A DNA stretch of 64,000 nucleotides from Bacteroidia bacterium (GCA_044368575.1 JBIPPH010000003.1:8999-72998), one strand, 5' to 3'. Counted from the stretch's first letter, positions 9,512 through 19,676 are shown. Translations and numbers: made by a program. The notes: generated from the letters alone by a model not told the origin.

Positions 9512-10183
9512 TTAATTCTTCTTGCTTGGTCTAAAGCGTTGTAAAAATCCAAGAAGTGGCATGACTTTTCTGGTTTGAACCCAAACCTTGCCTTCGCCAG
9601 AGAATCTACAAACTAAACCTTCGCCGGAAAGGAATAAAGATTTATAACCACCTTGTCTTGATACTTTATAGCTTAAGCCTTCAGTAAAAGCGACAATGTG
9701 CCCAGTGTCAACTACAAAGGCATCTTTAACATCAATGGCCATTATACCACCATAACTGTTAAACCAAAGATCACCTTGGCCCGAAGCTTTAATCAAAAAG
9801 AAACTTTCTCCTGAGAAAAACCCTTTGGTAACACCTTGCCATTTAGTGTCTAAAACAATATTAGGATTAGACGCCACATAGGCGCTGTTTTGAAGGAAAA
9901 TGGTTTCGTTGTTCAAATGGATATGCTCTAAATCTCCAGGAGTTGAGGGGGCTATTGTAATTTCACCACTGCCGTTCTGAGCAGTAAATTCATTAATGAA
10001 CAAAGATTCACCTGTCAAGAATCGACCAAGACCACCTTTGAATTTGGTTTTCATTTGGATATTGGTATCCATGGTAGCCATTGCTGAGGCTTCAACTTTT
10101 AAGGTTTCGCCTTGAGGTATTTGAACAGTTAAAAAACTGTAATCTGGTTTATGTGATATGTCAAATTGAAATGGAGTATTCAT
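9512..10183 (-). CDS. AIM24 / TIGR00266 (DUF124) family protein, copy 3
   Basis: Three internal GE(S/G)(L/F) repeats, VVDTGHIVAF, GEGKVWVQTR. Confidence 0.9.
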   Translation of the reverse strand: MNTPFQFDISHKPDYSFLTVQIPQGETLKVEASAMATMDTNIQMKTKFKGGLGRFLTGESLFINEFTAQNGSGEITIAPSTPGDLEHIHLNNETIFLQNSAYVASNPNIVLDTKWQGVTKGFFSGESFFLIKASGQGDLWFNSYGGIMAIDVKDAFVVDTGHIVAFTEGLSYKVSRQGGYKSLFLSGEGLVCRFSGEGKVWVQTRKVMPLLGFLQRFRPSKKN

Positions 10184-10186
10184 AAA

Positions 10187-10864
10187 TTATCTTGGTTTTA
10201 ATTTTGGACCGATGGAAGTGCCGAAGTTTTTTTGGTTGTGAGATTGACACCAAACAGTGCCTTTGCCCTTAAAGCGGCAGACAAAACCCTCTCCACCTAA
10301 AAATGAAGACAACCAATTGCGGCCTACTTTTGAAATCGAAAAAGATAAGCTTGGCTCAAAGGCTACGATGTGACCTGTGTCTACAATGTAATCGCCATCA
10401 ACTTCAACAGGATAAATAGCACCATAACTATTGACCACTACTTTGCCTTGGCCATTTAGATTCAACCAAAACAAGCCTTCACCTGAGAATATTGATTTTA
10501 AACCCTGCCAATTGAAATCGATTTCTACACCTGGTTCAGAAGCTAAATAAGAACCTGATTGAACAATCAGTGAGGTATTGTTTAATTCATAGGTAAACAT
10601 ATCGCCATGTAAGCCTGGCGCTAAATACAATTCTCCACCATTGGGGCCAGCTGTATAATGATTGATGAAAAAACTTTCACCGCTGATCATACGTTTTAAA
10701 CCCTTCATAATGCCACCGCTGTTTTTCTTGTATGTTGTGGTTTGGATGTCCATATCATTGCTCATGGCAATCATAGCACCACCCTCTGCAGTAATGGCTT
10801 CGTTGGGAGCCATTTGAATCTTGGCAACTGAATTGCCTGGTCCTAATTGAATGTCTATTTGCAT
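10187..10864 (-). CDS. AIM24 / TIGR00266 (DUF124) family protein, copy 2
   Basis: AEGGAMIAM, SGESFF, SGEGLF, IVDTGHIVAF, GGEGFV. Confidence 0.9.
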   Translation of the reverse strand: MQIDIQLGPGNSVAKIQMAPNEAITAEGGAMIAMSNDMDIQTTTYKKNSGGIMKGLKRMISGESFFINHYTAGPNGGELYLAPGLHGDMFTYELNNTSLIVQSGSYLASEPGVEIDFNWQGLKSIFSGEGLFWLNLNGQGKVVVNSYGAIYPVEVDGDYIVDTGHIVAFEPSLSFSISKVGRNWLSSFLGGEGFVCRFKGKGTVWCQSHNQKNFGTSIGPKLKPR

Positions 10865-10873
10865 GATGTTATT

Positions 10874-11536
10874 TTATAAATTTCTGTTGATCCATTTTGC
10901 TAAACCTGAAAAACTTCTGGTCTGCAATATAACTTTTCCTTGCCCTGTGATGCGCATCACAAAACCTTCACCGCTAGTAATACTGCTGATGATATTGCCA
11001 CTCAATTGTGTTTTGATTTTAAACCCTTTGGGATAAGCCACTAAATGGTCTGTGTCTACGATTAATTCACCATTGATTTCTTTTTCAACCAGACCACCAT
11101 AAGCGCCAATCATAAATTTACCTTCGCCACTCATTGATAATCTGAATAAGCCTTCGCCGCCAATCCATGAATTAAAACCGGCCCATTCAAGGCCCATTTT
11201 TACCCCAGGTTCAGAACAAATAAAAGCACCAGATTGAAGATACATTTTTTCACCTGCTTTGATTTCTAGTAATTTGACATCACCGGGAAATGTTTGAGTG
11301 AGCGTTAGCCTCAATGTGGCTTGAGTGTTGTTAGTATAGGTATTGATAAATAGGGATTCACCGCCTAAAAATTTGCGGATTAGGCCTTTAAACAATCCGC
11401 CATTTAATTTGGGTTGCATGTCTAATTCAGCATGCATGCTGGTCATAGCATCAGATTCTGTAATAATGCTCTCGCCTGGGGCAAGGTCAATGTGAACAAA
11501 TCCGAAGGCTGGTGCGCCTTGAATGGTGTAATTCAT
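10874..11536 (-). CDS. AIM24 / TIGR00266 (DUF124) family protein, copy 1
   Basis: TESDAM, GGESLF, GGEGLF, IVDTDHLVAY, SGEGFV, VILQTR. Confidence 0.9.
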   Translation of the reverse strand: MNYTIQGAPAFGFVHIDLAPGESIITESDAMTSMHAELDMQPKLNGGLFKGLIRKFLGGESLFINTYTNNTQATLRLTLTQTFPGDVKLLEIKAGEKMYLQSGAFICSEPGVKMGLEWAGFNSWIGGEGLFRLSMSGEGKFMIGAYGGLVEKEINGELIVDTDHLVAYPKGFKIKTQLSGNIISSITSGEGFVMRITGQGKVILQTRSFSGLAKWINRNL

Positions 11537-11544
11537 ATATTATT

Positions 11545-12642
11545 TTATTGGTTTAATGCGTTTTTTAATTGGGCTTTAAAGTCTTTATAATCAATGGCCA
11601 AAGGCTTGGCATTTTTTTCTACCGGTAAGGCCTTAAGGTTGTCTATTCGTTCTTTGGTAGCAGGGTGGGTACTTAGGAAGGATGCATCACCAAGGTCTGG
11701 AGCTTCTTTGCTCATAGTGTAAAAGAAATCAATCATGCCTTGAGTAGGAATATTAGCTATTTGTAATAGTTTAAAACCATTGTCATCGGCTTCACGTTCG
11801 TAGTCTCTGCTGTATTTTAAAGAGCTAAGTGCTGCGCCAGCTGTTGCAATGTCTGCAGAAATGCCAGCGATATCACCAATTAAACCACGTAAAATAAAGA
11901 ACAAGCCAAAATTGCTAATGATGCCTCTTAGGTGATGACGCTTTGTGACATGCGAAATCTCATGGGCTAAAACACCCGCCACTTCTTCAGCTGATTGCGC
12001 TTTTTGCAATAAACCACTGTGAATGATAACTGCCCCGCCTGGTAAAGCAAAGGCATTCAAACTTTCGTCTTCAATAATTGTAAATGAGAATTTAAATTGT
12101 GTATCATTAACGGCTTTAACCAATGGTTCCGTGATGAGTTTGAGTTTTAGATTGATAAGGCTATCTGAAATGATGTGTTTGTCAACTAATGCAGCCTTGC
12201 GCATCTCTTCTGAAATTTTTTGTTCTTGACTCGGTGGAATGGAATTGGCAATTTTTTCAACCATTTTGTCCTTCATTAGCCATAGGCCTATCATTAAGGC
12301 GATTACTATGCCTGTGATAACCATGGCTGAAGTCCATAGACTTGTTTTTCTGCGCATTAAGTTCTGAAGAATAGGCTTAAGTTCAGGATGAGCAGAAAAT
12401 GCTGGATCTTGAAGAATGGCCTTTTGATCAGTGTAAAGGGTAATCCCGCTTGAACTTGTGTGGTTGAAAAACAAATAGCGATTGGCTGCACCGCCAATTT
12501 GAATGTCTATACCTTGAATGGGCATTGAATGTATAATGCCACCATCATTGATAAACAATAGTTGGTCATCTTGGATTTGAAGTTGTCCGCTACAACGACC
12601 GTTTTTGAAGCTTTCTGAAAGGGCTATTCCGTTGTATTGCAT
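11545..12642 (-). CDS. M48 family zinc metallopeptidase with an N-terminal soluble domain and one TM helix
   Basis: NAFALPGG, AGVLAHEISH (HExxH), YSRDYEREAD, FLSTHP; hydrophobic helix at about aa 102-123. Confidence 0.9.
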   Translation of the reverse strand: MQYNGIALSESFKNGRCSGQLQIQDDQLLFINDGGIIHSMPIQGIDIQIGGAANRYLFFNHTSSSGITLYTDQKAILQDPAFSAHPELKPILQNLMRRKTSLWTSAMVITGIVIALMIGLWLMKDKMVEKIANSIPPSQEQKISEEMRKAALVDKHIISDSLINLKLKLITEPLVKAVNDTQFKFSFTIIEDESLNAFALPGGAVIIHSGLLQKAQSAEEVAGVLAHEISHVTKRHHLRGIISNFGLFFILRGLIGDIAGISADIATAGAALSSLKYSRDYEREADDNGFKLLQIANIPTQGMIDFFYTMSKEAPDLGDASFLSTHPATKERIDNLKALPVEKNAKPLAIDYKDFKAQLKNALNQ

Positions 12643-12645
12643 ACT

Positions 12646-15258
12646 TTAAAACAAAGTTTTTTGACCGTCTAGTTCTTCAGCTATCACTTGAGTTTCAGAG
12701 TTGGATGCTTCAACTATTGGCTCAGTTTCTACTTTCCAAGTGCCCACTTTTGGACTGATTAATTTGGCGGATTTGAAAGTGTCGTAAGTGATTTTGTTAC
12801 CTATGGCTTTCCAACCTTTTACCTCAATAAAGTCAGCTATTTTGATGATTTCAGTTTTCTTTTCTCCTTTAGCGGTGGTCACTTTTATCTCTACCTCAGG
12901 GTTTTCATCGGTGCTTGCAATGATTAATTTGCTGCTAGGTCTTTCATTGATGAACAAAAATTTCTTGCCCACTGTAGTGGTTTCAATTAAAAAGCGTTTT
13001 GCGTAATAATTTCTAGATGATACATCGTAATGAATGCAATTGATTGGTTGCTTTTCATGGAATTTTTGAATCAAATAGATGTCATTGTTTTCATAACGAT
13101 TGGTTAGTTCGTTGTCTGTTAACTCATAACTACCATCATTAAAGATGACCAAGATTTTATCTTCAGAAGTGAAGTTGCCTAATAATTGACCTCTGTTGTC
13201 TACATTCAATCTGCCAATATCTGAATCGTACCAAATATCTCTGCCTTTAAATGTAGATTTACCTTTTTCTTTTAGTTCAATCTTTCTGATAGGGTGCTTG
13301 GTTAAAGTATTGCCCTTTGAAGAACGGCCTTTAATTTCTAGGTGCCTGAAATCGTATTCAAAATATTTGATTTTGGCGCTGGCCATATTGCTTAAATGAA
13401 TGCCGATTTTTTCAGCTTCACTATTGTTATTGGCAGAGAAATACAACAGTTTACTGCCTGGGGTTTCCATGGTTACAGTATATACCTTATCTCTGATAAC
13501 CCCTAAAACATTGAAACGCTTAACATAACTTACACCTGATTTGCCATCATAGTAGGACACATTGTATACTTTTCTCTCGTCATTTTTACGGTAGACATCT
13601 ACATACAATAAGTCTTTGCCCATGAACTGTTTTTCAGATACTTTACTCACCAAGTAACTACCATCTTTTCTGAAGGCAATCACATCATCAATATCAGAAC
13701 AATCGCAGATATAAGTATCCTTTTTAAGTCCATACCCAACAAAGCCTTCTTCGTAATTTACATATAGTTTTTCGTTGGCAACAGCCACCACATTCGTTTC
13801 GATTTTATCAAACAATCTGATTTCAGTTTTACGCTCTTTGCCCTTGCCGTATTTTTTGATGAGGTTTTTGAAGTAATCAACAGCAAATTCAGTTAAGTTA
13901 TCTAAATGGTGTTGAACTTGTTTGATTTGATCCTCTAATCCTTTGATGTATTCATCAGCTTTAAAGGCATCGTATTTAGAAATACGTTTGATTTTAATCT
14001 CCGGTAGTTTGGCGATATCGTCTTTAGTGATTTCTCTTCTCAATAACTTTTTGAAAGGTTTGATTTTCTTGTCAATCATTTCAAGAATCTCATCCCAAGT
14101 TTCACATTCCTCAATATGACGGTATATCTTATTTTCGATGAAGATTTTCTCCAATGAACTAAAATGCCATTTGTTTTCTAAATGGTTCATTTCATTCTCT
14201 AGTTCAATCTTGAGCAAGTTGAGGGTATGATCAGTAGAGGTTTTAAGGATATCATTGACACCTAAAAACAGCGGCTTATCATCTACAATTACGCAGGCGT
14301 TAGGAGAGATGCTTACCTCACAATCAGTAAAGGCATACAAAGCATCAATGGTCATATCTGTGCTCACGCCTGGGGCTAATTGCACTTCAATTTCCACGTC
14401 TTTAGCGGTATTGTCAATTACCTTTTTGATTTTGATTTTGCCGTTGTCATTGGCTTTAAGAATGCTCTCGATAATGCTTTCTGTAGTAGTGCCAAATGGA
14501 ATTTCTTTGATCAGTACCTTCTTGCCATCTGAAGACTCAATTTTAGCTCTACATCTTATTTTACCGCCTCTTCGACCTTCGTTGTAATTGCTAAAGTCGG
14601 CCATGCCACCCGTTAAAAAGTCAGGTAAGATATTGCTCTTTTTGCCTTTTAAAATATCAATGCTGGCTTCACATAACTCAATAAAGTTGTGAGGCATGAT
14701 TTTAGTCGCTAAACCGACAGCAATCCCTTCAACACCTTGCGCTAAAATCAAAGGGAATTTAACCGGCAAGGCAATGGGTTCACGTTTTCTGCCATCATAA
14801 CTAACTTGCCAATCAGTTGTTTCATCATTGAAACTTACTTCCAACGCAAATTTAGATAAACGGGCTTCAATATACCTCGATGCAGCAGCACTGTCACCAG
14901 TTCTAACATCGCCCCAGTTACCTTGGGTTTCAATCAATAAATCTTTTTGACCCAAATTGACAATGGCTTCACCGATCGCAGCGTCACCATGTGGGTGGTA
15001 TTGCATCGCTGAACCAATAATATTGGCCACCTTGTTGAATCGACCGTCGTCCATTTCTTTCATTACATGGAGTATGCGTCGTTGTACTGGTTTTAATCCA
15101 TCGTATAAATTTGGAACAGCGCGTTCCAAAATGACATAACTGGCATATTCTAAAAACCAGTTTTCGTAGAGTCCAGACACTGGTAATACGCCAGCTCCGT
15201 CTCTATGGCCATGGTGAATAATCCCGTCAATATGTTCTTCTTCTTCGTTGTGCTCCAT
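12646..15258 (-). CDS. parC: DNA topoisomerase IV subunit A (Bacteroidota type)
   Basis: DGLKPVQRR, HPHGD, catalytic AASRYIEARL, GIAVGLAT; no GyrA box seen; directly downstream of parE. Confidence 0.9.
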   Translation of the reverse strand: MEHNEEEEHIDGIIHHGHRDGAGVLPVSGLYENWFLEYASYVILERAVPNLYDGLKPVQRRILHVMKEMDDGRFNKVANIIGSAMQYHPHGDAAIGEAIVNLGQKDLLIETQGNWGDVRTGDSAAASRYIEARLSKFALEVSFNDETTDWQVSYDGRKREPIALPVKFPLILAQGVEGIAVGLATKIMPHNFIELCEASIDILKGKKSNILPDFLTGGMADFSNYNEGRRGGKIRCRAKIESSDGKKVLIKEIPFGTTTESIIESILKANDNGKIKIKKVIDNTAKDVEIEVQLAPGVSTDMTIDALYAFTDCEVSISPNACVIVDDKPLFLGVNDILKTSTDHTLNLLKIELENEMNHLENKWHFSSLEKIFIENKIYRHIEECETWDEILEMIDKKIKPFKKLLRREITKDDIAKLPEIKIKRISKYDAFKADEYIKGLEDQIKQVQHHLDNLTEFAVDYFKNLIKKYGKGKERKTEIRLFDKIETNVVAVANEKLYVNYEEGFVGYGLKKDTYICDCSDIDDVIAFRKDGSYLVSKVSEKQFMGKDLLYVDVYRKNDERKVYNVSYYDGKSGVSYVKRFNVLGVIRDKVYTVTMETPGSKLLYFSANNNSEAEKIGIHLSNMASAKIKYFEYDFRHLEIKGRSSKGNTLTKHPIRKIELKEKGKSTFKGRDIWYDSDIGRLNVDNRGQLLGNFTSEDKILVIFNDGSYELTDNELTNRYENNDIYLIQKFHEKQPINCIHYDVSSRNYYAKRFLIETTTVGKKFLFINERPSSKLIIASTDENPEVEIKVTTAKGEKKTEIIKIADFIEVKGWKAIGNKITYDTFKSAKLISPKVGTWKVETEPIVEASNSETQVIAEELDGQKTLF

Positions 15259-15261
15259 AAA

Positions 15262-17145
15262 TTATGCTTCTTCTGATTCTAATTCTACCACTACAGCCTC
15301 AGTGGTAATGTCCTTTTCAATGTATAAGTTATCAATGATAAACTCTTGGCGTTCTGGGGTGTTTTTTCCCATGTAGTACTTCAAGAGCTTTTCAATACTG
15401 GTTTCTTTGGTTAAGATAATTGGCTCTAAGCGCATATCTTCACCAATAAAGCGCTCAAATTCATTTGGTGAAATTTCTCCCAATCCTTTGAATCGGGTAA
15501 TTTCAGGTTTGTGGCCTAAGTGCCTAATGGCTTTTTGTTTTTCCTCTTCGTTGTAACAGTAAATGGTTTCTTTCTTGTTTCTTACCCTGAACAATGGTGT
15601 TTGAAGGATGTATACGTGTCCATTTCTTACCAAGTCTGGGAAGAATTGTAAGAAGAAAGTCATGAGCAACATACGGATGTGCATACCGTCAACGTCAGCA
15701 TCGGTTGCGATTACAATTCTATTGAAACGAAGGTTATCAAGGCCTTCCTCAATATCTAAAGCATGTTGTAGAAGGTTGAATTCTTCGTTTTCATACACCA
15801 CTTTCTTTTTTAATCCATAGCAGTTCAAGGGTTTCCCTCTTAAGCTAAACACGGCCTGATGCTCAACATTTCTACTTTTGGTGATACTTCCGCTCGCACT
15901 ATCTCCCTCAGTAATGAAGATGGTGGTGTCAAATTTTTCGTCTTTGTTGTCGGTTAAGTGCAAACGACAATCGCGTAATTTTTTATTGTGCAGGTTGGCT
16001 TTCTTTGCCCTTTGCTGAGCAAGTTTCCTAACACCTGCCATGTCTTTTCTTTCTCTTTCGTTTTGAAGGATTTTCTTTAAAAGCGCTTCTGCAGTTTGAG
16101 GGTTTTTGTGCAGAAAGTTATCCATCAATTTCATTAGGTTCTCACTCACAAAAGAGCGCATCCCTTGGCCTCCTGGGGCCATTTCAGTACTACCTAATTT
16201 GGTTTTAGTTTGAGACTCAAACACCGGCTCTTGTACCCTTACTGCAATGGCTGCCGATATCGAAGTCCTAACATCAGAAGCATCAAAATCTTTTTTGTAA
16301 AACTCTCTGATTGTCTTTACTACTGCTTCTTTAAGGGCAGATAAGTGTGTTCCACCTTGCGTGGTGTATTGTCCGTTCACAAACGAATAGTATTCTTCAC
16401 CGTATTGGGTGCCGTGGGTGATGGCCACTTCAAAATCACTTTCTTTGAAGTGCATGATCGGATACAAAATGGTTTCAGTATCAACTTTGCGCTCTAACAA
16501 ATCTTTCAGGCCATTTTTAGACAAGAAGTTTCTGCCGTTGAATTGAAGGGTAAGACCAGAATTCAAAAAGGCATAGTTCCACATTTGCTCTTCAAGGAAC
16601 TCAGGAATGAATCTATAATTCTTGAAAATGCTATTATCTGGTTCGAAAATGATGAGCGTACCATCTCGACCATCGGTCTTTTCTTCCTTAAAATCCTTCT
16701 GTAGCTCACCTTTAGCAAACTCCGCTTTTTTGGTTTTGCCATCTCTAAAGGATTGGACACAAAAGTAGGAGGAAAGGGCGTTCACTGCTTTGGTACCCAC
16801 TCCATTCAAACCCACTGATTTTTGAAAAGCTCCAGAGTCGTATTTGCCACCAGTGTTGATTTTGCTCACACAATCAATCACTTTTCCCAATGGAATACCG
16901 CGGCCATAATCTCTTATTTCAACTTTATTATCACTGATGCTGATTTCTATTTTTTTACCATGGCCCATCATGTGCTCGTCAATACTGTTGTCGAGGATTT
17001 CTTTCACCAACACATAAATGCCATCGTCTGCTGATGAGCCATCGCCCAGCTTACCAATGTACATCCCTGGACGCATTCGAATATGCTCTTTCCAATCGAG
17101 GGATCTTATACTGTCTTCTGAGTAATTCACATTTTGATCTGCCAT
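15262..17145 (-). CDS. parE: DNA topoisomerase IV subunit B
   Basis: [59 protein letters not shown] 17145 preferred, downstream of a TAATTTCG element. Confidence 0.93.
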   Translation of the reverse strand: MADQNVNYSEDSIRSLDWKEHIRMRPGMYIGKLGDGSSADDGIYVLVKEILDNSIDEHMMGHGKKIEISISDNKVEIRDYGRGIPLGKVIDCVSKINTGGKYDSGAFQKSVGLNGVGTKAVNALSSYFCVQSFRDGKTKKAEFAKGELQKDFKEEKTDGRDGTLIIFEPDNSIFKNYRFIPEFLEEQMWNYAFLNSGLTLQFNGRNFLSKNGLKDLLERKVDTETILYPIMHFKESDFEVAITHGTQYGEEYYSFVNGQYTTQGGTHLSALKEAVVKTIREFYKKDFDASDVRTSISAAIAVRVQEPVFESQTKTKLGSTEMAPGGQGMRSFVSENLMKLMDNFLHKNPQTAEALLKKILQNERERKDMAGVRKLAQQRAKKANLHNKKLRDCRLHLTDNKDEKFDTTIFITEGDSASGSITKSRNVEHQAVFSLRGKPLNCYGLKKKVVYENEEFNLLQHALDIEEGLDNLRFNRIVIATDADVDGMHIRMLLMTFFLQFFPDLVRNGHVYILQTPLFRVRNKKETIYCYNEEEKQKAIRHLGHKPEITRFKGLGEISPNEFERFIGEDMRLEPIILTKETSIEKLLKYYMGKNTPERQEFIIDNLYIEKDITTEAVVVELESEEA

Positions 17146-17417
17146 AATTTCAATAGAAAGCGAAATTAAGGCCATTTAGCTTGTGGTTATTTACAACCTC
17201 AAGGGACTTATGAACAAATTCTAGGGTAAAATGTTGATTAATCAAACTAAAACCTACTTGGTTTAAATAAATGTGTAAATATTTTTTAATTATTTGAAAA
17301 TCAAATTAATACCTATTTGTTTTTGCGATTTAATTCAGTAATTCTAAAAGTTAATTGAGCAAGTGCTTGTTTTTTGAAGTTTGAAATACTAAATTTGCAC
17401 TCCCAAAAAGAAAAATC

Positions 17418-17666
17418 ATGAAAGCTGATATACATCCATCTTCTTACCGTTTTGTCATTTTTAAAGACTTAAGTAGCGATTACTCATTTTTAACTCGCAG
17501 CTGTGTAGAAACTAAAGAAACAGCTACTTGGACAGACGGAAAAGAATACCCAATCTACAAATTGGAGATTTCTGACAAGAGCCATCCGTTCTTCACAGGT
17601 AAACAAACCTTGGTGGATACTGCTGGTAGAATTGACAAATTCCGTCAACGTTACACTAAGAAGTAA
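17418..17666 (+). CDS. rpmE2: 50S ribosomal protein L31, type B (lacks the Zn-ribbon cysteines)
   Basis: [25 protein letters not shown]. Confidence 0.95.
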   Translation: MKADIHPSSYRFVIFKDLSSDYSFLTRSCVETKETATWTDGKEYPIYKLEISDKSHPFFTGKQTLVDTAGRIDKFRQRYTKK

Positions 17667-17687
17667 TTGTCACCTTCAAATACATTT

Positions 17688-17713
17688 AAAGTCCCAATCG
17701 GGACTTTTTTTTT
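17688..17713 (+). terminator. Intrinsic terminator after rpmE2
   Basis: AAAGTCCC-AATC-GGGACTTT plus a long T run. Confidence 0.88.
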
Positions 17714-17745
17714 ATATGTGACTTTTTAACTTAATTTGATTTAAA

Positions 17746-18918
17746 ATGAATTGTATTTTATTTGATGATGTTCATACACAAGCCTTGTTGCCATTAACGT
17801 ACACAAGGCCTGCAGCTCACATAAGATGTGGTATTTTAACCATTGCCGAGAAATGGGAAAGGCACATGCAACAGTCTTTTTCATATTTCACAGCTGATTA
17901 CCTTTCAGAAAAATACCCACTAACGATTGGCTCAGATAACTTGTGTATTAATGGCAGATTATTGCCGAATCCAACATTAATTTCAGCCATAAAGGCTTTG
18001 CAGCTTAATCAGTCGTTGGAGGCCAATGGCATTACTTTGGCCTATCGATCAACATCGGCATCAGCAACAGAAGAAATGGAAGCCATTGTTTTTGATGCTG
18101 AATATCAAATCATCAATAGAGTACACGATATTTTTTCTATTAATCACAGCGCAATTGAGGCGGATTTTAATTTGCTAACAGCCAATAGAAAGTCTGCTGA
18201 AATTTCAAACAGCAATACCATTTTAGGTCAACACCCTATTTTTATTGAAGAAGGCGCTCAAGTCGAGGCCGCTGTATTGAATGCTAAAGAGGGTTGCATA
18301 TACATTGGTAAGGATGCCGAAATTATGGAAGGTGCCTTGATCAGAGGGCCTTTTGCTTTGTGTGAACACGCCACAGTTAAAATGGGGGCTAAAATTTATA
18401 CAGGCACCACCATTGGCCCGCATTGTAAAGTGGGGGGTGAGGTGAGTAATTCCGTCATGTTTGCCTATTCCAATAAAGGCCATGATGGCTTTTTGGGGAA
18501 TTCAGTGATTGGTGAATGGTGTAATTTGGGCGCAGATAGCAATAACAGTAATCTTAAAAACAATTACGAAATGGTTAAACTCTGGAATTATGCTAGCCAA
18601 AGATTTGAAAAAACTGGCTTGCAATTTTGTGGTTTAATTATGGGCGATCATAGCAAATGTGGTATCAATACCATGTTTAATACAGGCACTGTAGTCGGGG
18701 TTTCTGCTAATATTTTTGGCAGTGGTTTCCCAAGACAATTTGTGCCATCCTTTAGTTGGGGTGGTTCTCAGGGTTTTGAAACCTATTCACTCGACAAAGC
18801 TTGTCAAACGGCAGATTTAGTTATGCAGCGCAGGCATTTAAACTTAAGCGCAACAGACAAACAAATTTTAAACTATATTTTTAATCAAGACAAAACACAT
18901 AGAAACTGGGAATCATGA
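17746..18918 (+). CDS. Bacteroidota alternative GlmU-like sugar nucleotidyl/acetyltransferase (hexapeptide repeats)
   Basis: LLPLTYTRP..IRCGILTIAEKW, hexapeptide repeats, NKGHDGFLGNS, CNLGAD, GDHSKCGIN. Confidence 0.85.
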   Translation: MNCILFDDVHTQALLPLTYTRPAAHIRCGILTIAEKWERHMQQSFSYFTADYLSEKYPLTIGSDNLCINGRLLPNPTLISAIKALQLNQSLEANGITLAYRSTSASATEEMEAIVFDAEYQIINRVHDIFSINHSAIEADFNLLTANRKSAEISNSNTILGQHPIFIEEGAQVEAAVLNAKEGCIYIGKDAEIMEGALIRGPFALCEHATVKMGAKIYTGTTIGPHCKVGGEVSNSVMFAYSNKGHDGFLGNSVIGEWCNLGADSNNSNLKNNYEMVKLWNYASQRFEKTGLQFCGLIMGDHSKCGINTMFNTGTVVGVSANIFGSGFPRQFVPSFSWGGSQGFETYSLDKACQTADLVMQRRHLNLSATDKQILNYIFNQDKTHRNWES

Positions 18919-19676
18919 GTAAAAGACAACAGATTGCAGCTGGCAATTGGAAAATGCACAAAACCTTTGTAGAAGGTCAAGGATTGGCGCAAGAAATTCG
19001 CACCATGTCTGAATCAGAATTAACTAACGGCGCTAAATTGCTAATATTTCCGCCATTTATACATTTACAAGCATTGGTAAAGCAAATGGAAGGCTCTGCT
19101 ATTGGTGTAGGTGCTCAAAACATTAATGAGCATGAACAAGGGGCCTACACTGGCGAAATTTCAGCGGCCATGTTGAAGTCTATTGGCGTTCAATATACTT
19201 TGGTTGGTCACAGTGAAAGACGCCAGTATTATAATGAAACCAATGCCTCTTGTGCGGCTAAATTGACCGCTGCTATCAAACACCAAATCATTCCTGTGTA
19301 TTGTATAGGTGAGACCCTTAGCGAAAGAGAGGCCAATAAGCATTTTGACGTTGTTAGTGAACAACTAGCGGCCTTAAAAGTATTGTCGGCAGAAGAGATG
19401 TCTTCATGCATTGTGGCTTACGAACCAGTGTGGGCTATTGGCACTGGTGTTACGGCAAGTGCAGAACAAGCCAATGAAATGCATATTCATATTCGCAAAA
19501 CCATAGCGACTTTGTTTAACCATAGTATAGCAGACGCTGTTGCTATTTTATACGGTGGAAGTGTAAAGCCTGATAACGCACAAGCGCTGTTTTCAATGTC
19601 TGATATTGATGGCGGTTTAATAGGTGGTGCAGCCTTGTCTTCAAGAGACTTTATCAATATTGCTAAAGGCTTTTAA
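18915..19676 (+). CDS. tpiA: Triosephosphate isomerase
   Basis: AGNWKM, GHSERR, AYEPVWAIGTG, YGGSV, DGGLIGGA. Confidence 0.98.
   Translation: MSKRQQIAAGNWKMHKTFVEGQGLAQEIRTMSESELTNGAKLLIFPPFIHLQALVKQMEGSAIGVGAQNINEHEQGAYTGEISAAMLKSIGVQYTLVGHSERRQYYNETNASCAAKLTAAIKHQIIPVYCIGETLSEREANKHFDVVSEQLAALKVLSAEEMSSCIVAYEPVWAIGTGVTASAEQANEMHIHIRKTIATLFNHSIADAVAILYGGSVKPDNAQALFSMSDIDGGLIGGAALSSRDFINIAKGF

Noticed and set aside
17418-17666. Zn-free L31 as a sign of a Zur-regulated zinc-starvation paralogue
   Set aside because: Type-B L31 is the usual form in Bacteroidota; no paired L36 paralogue or convincing Zur box is present.
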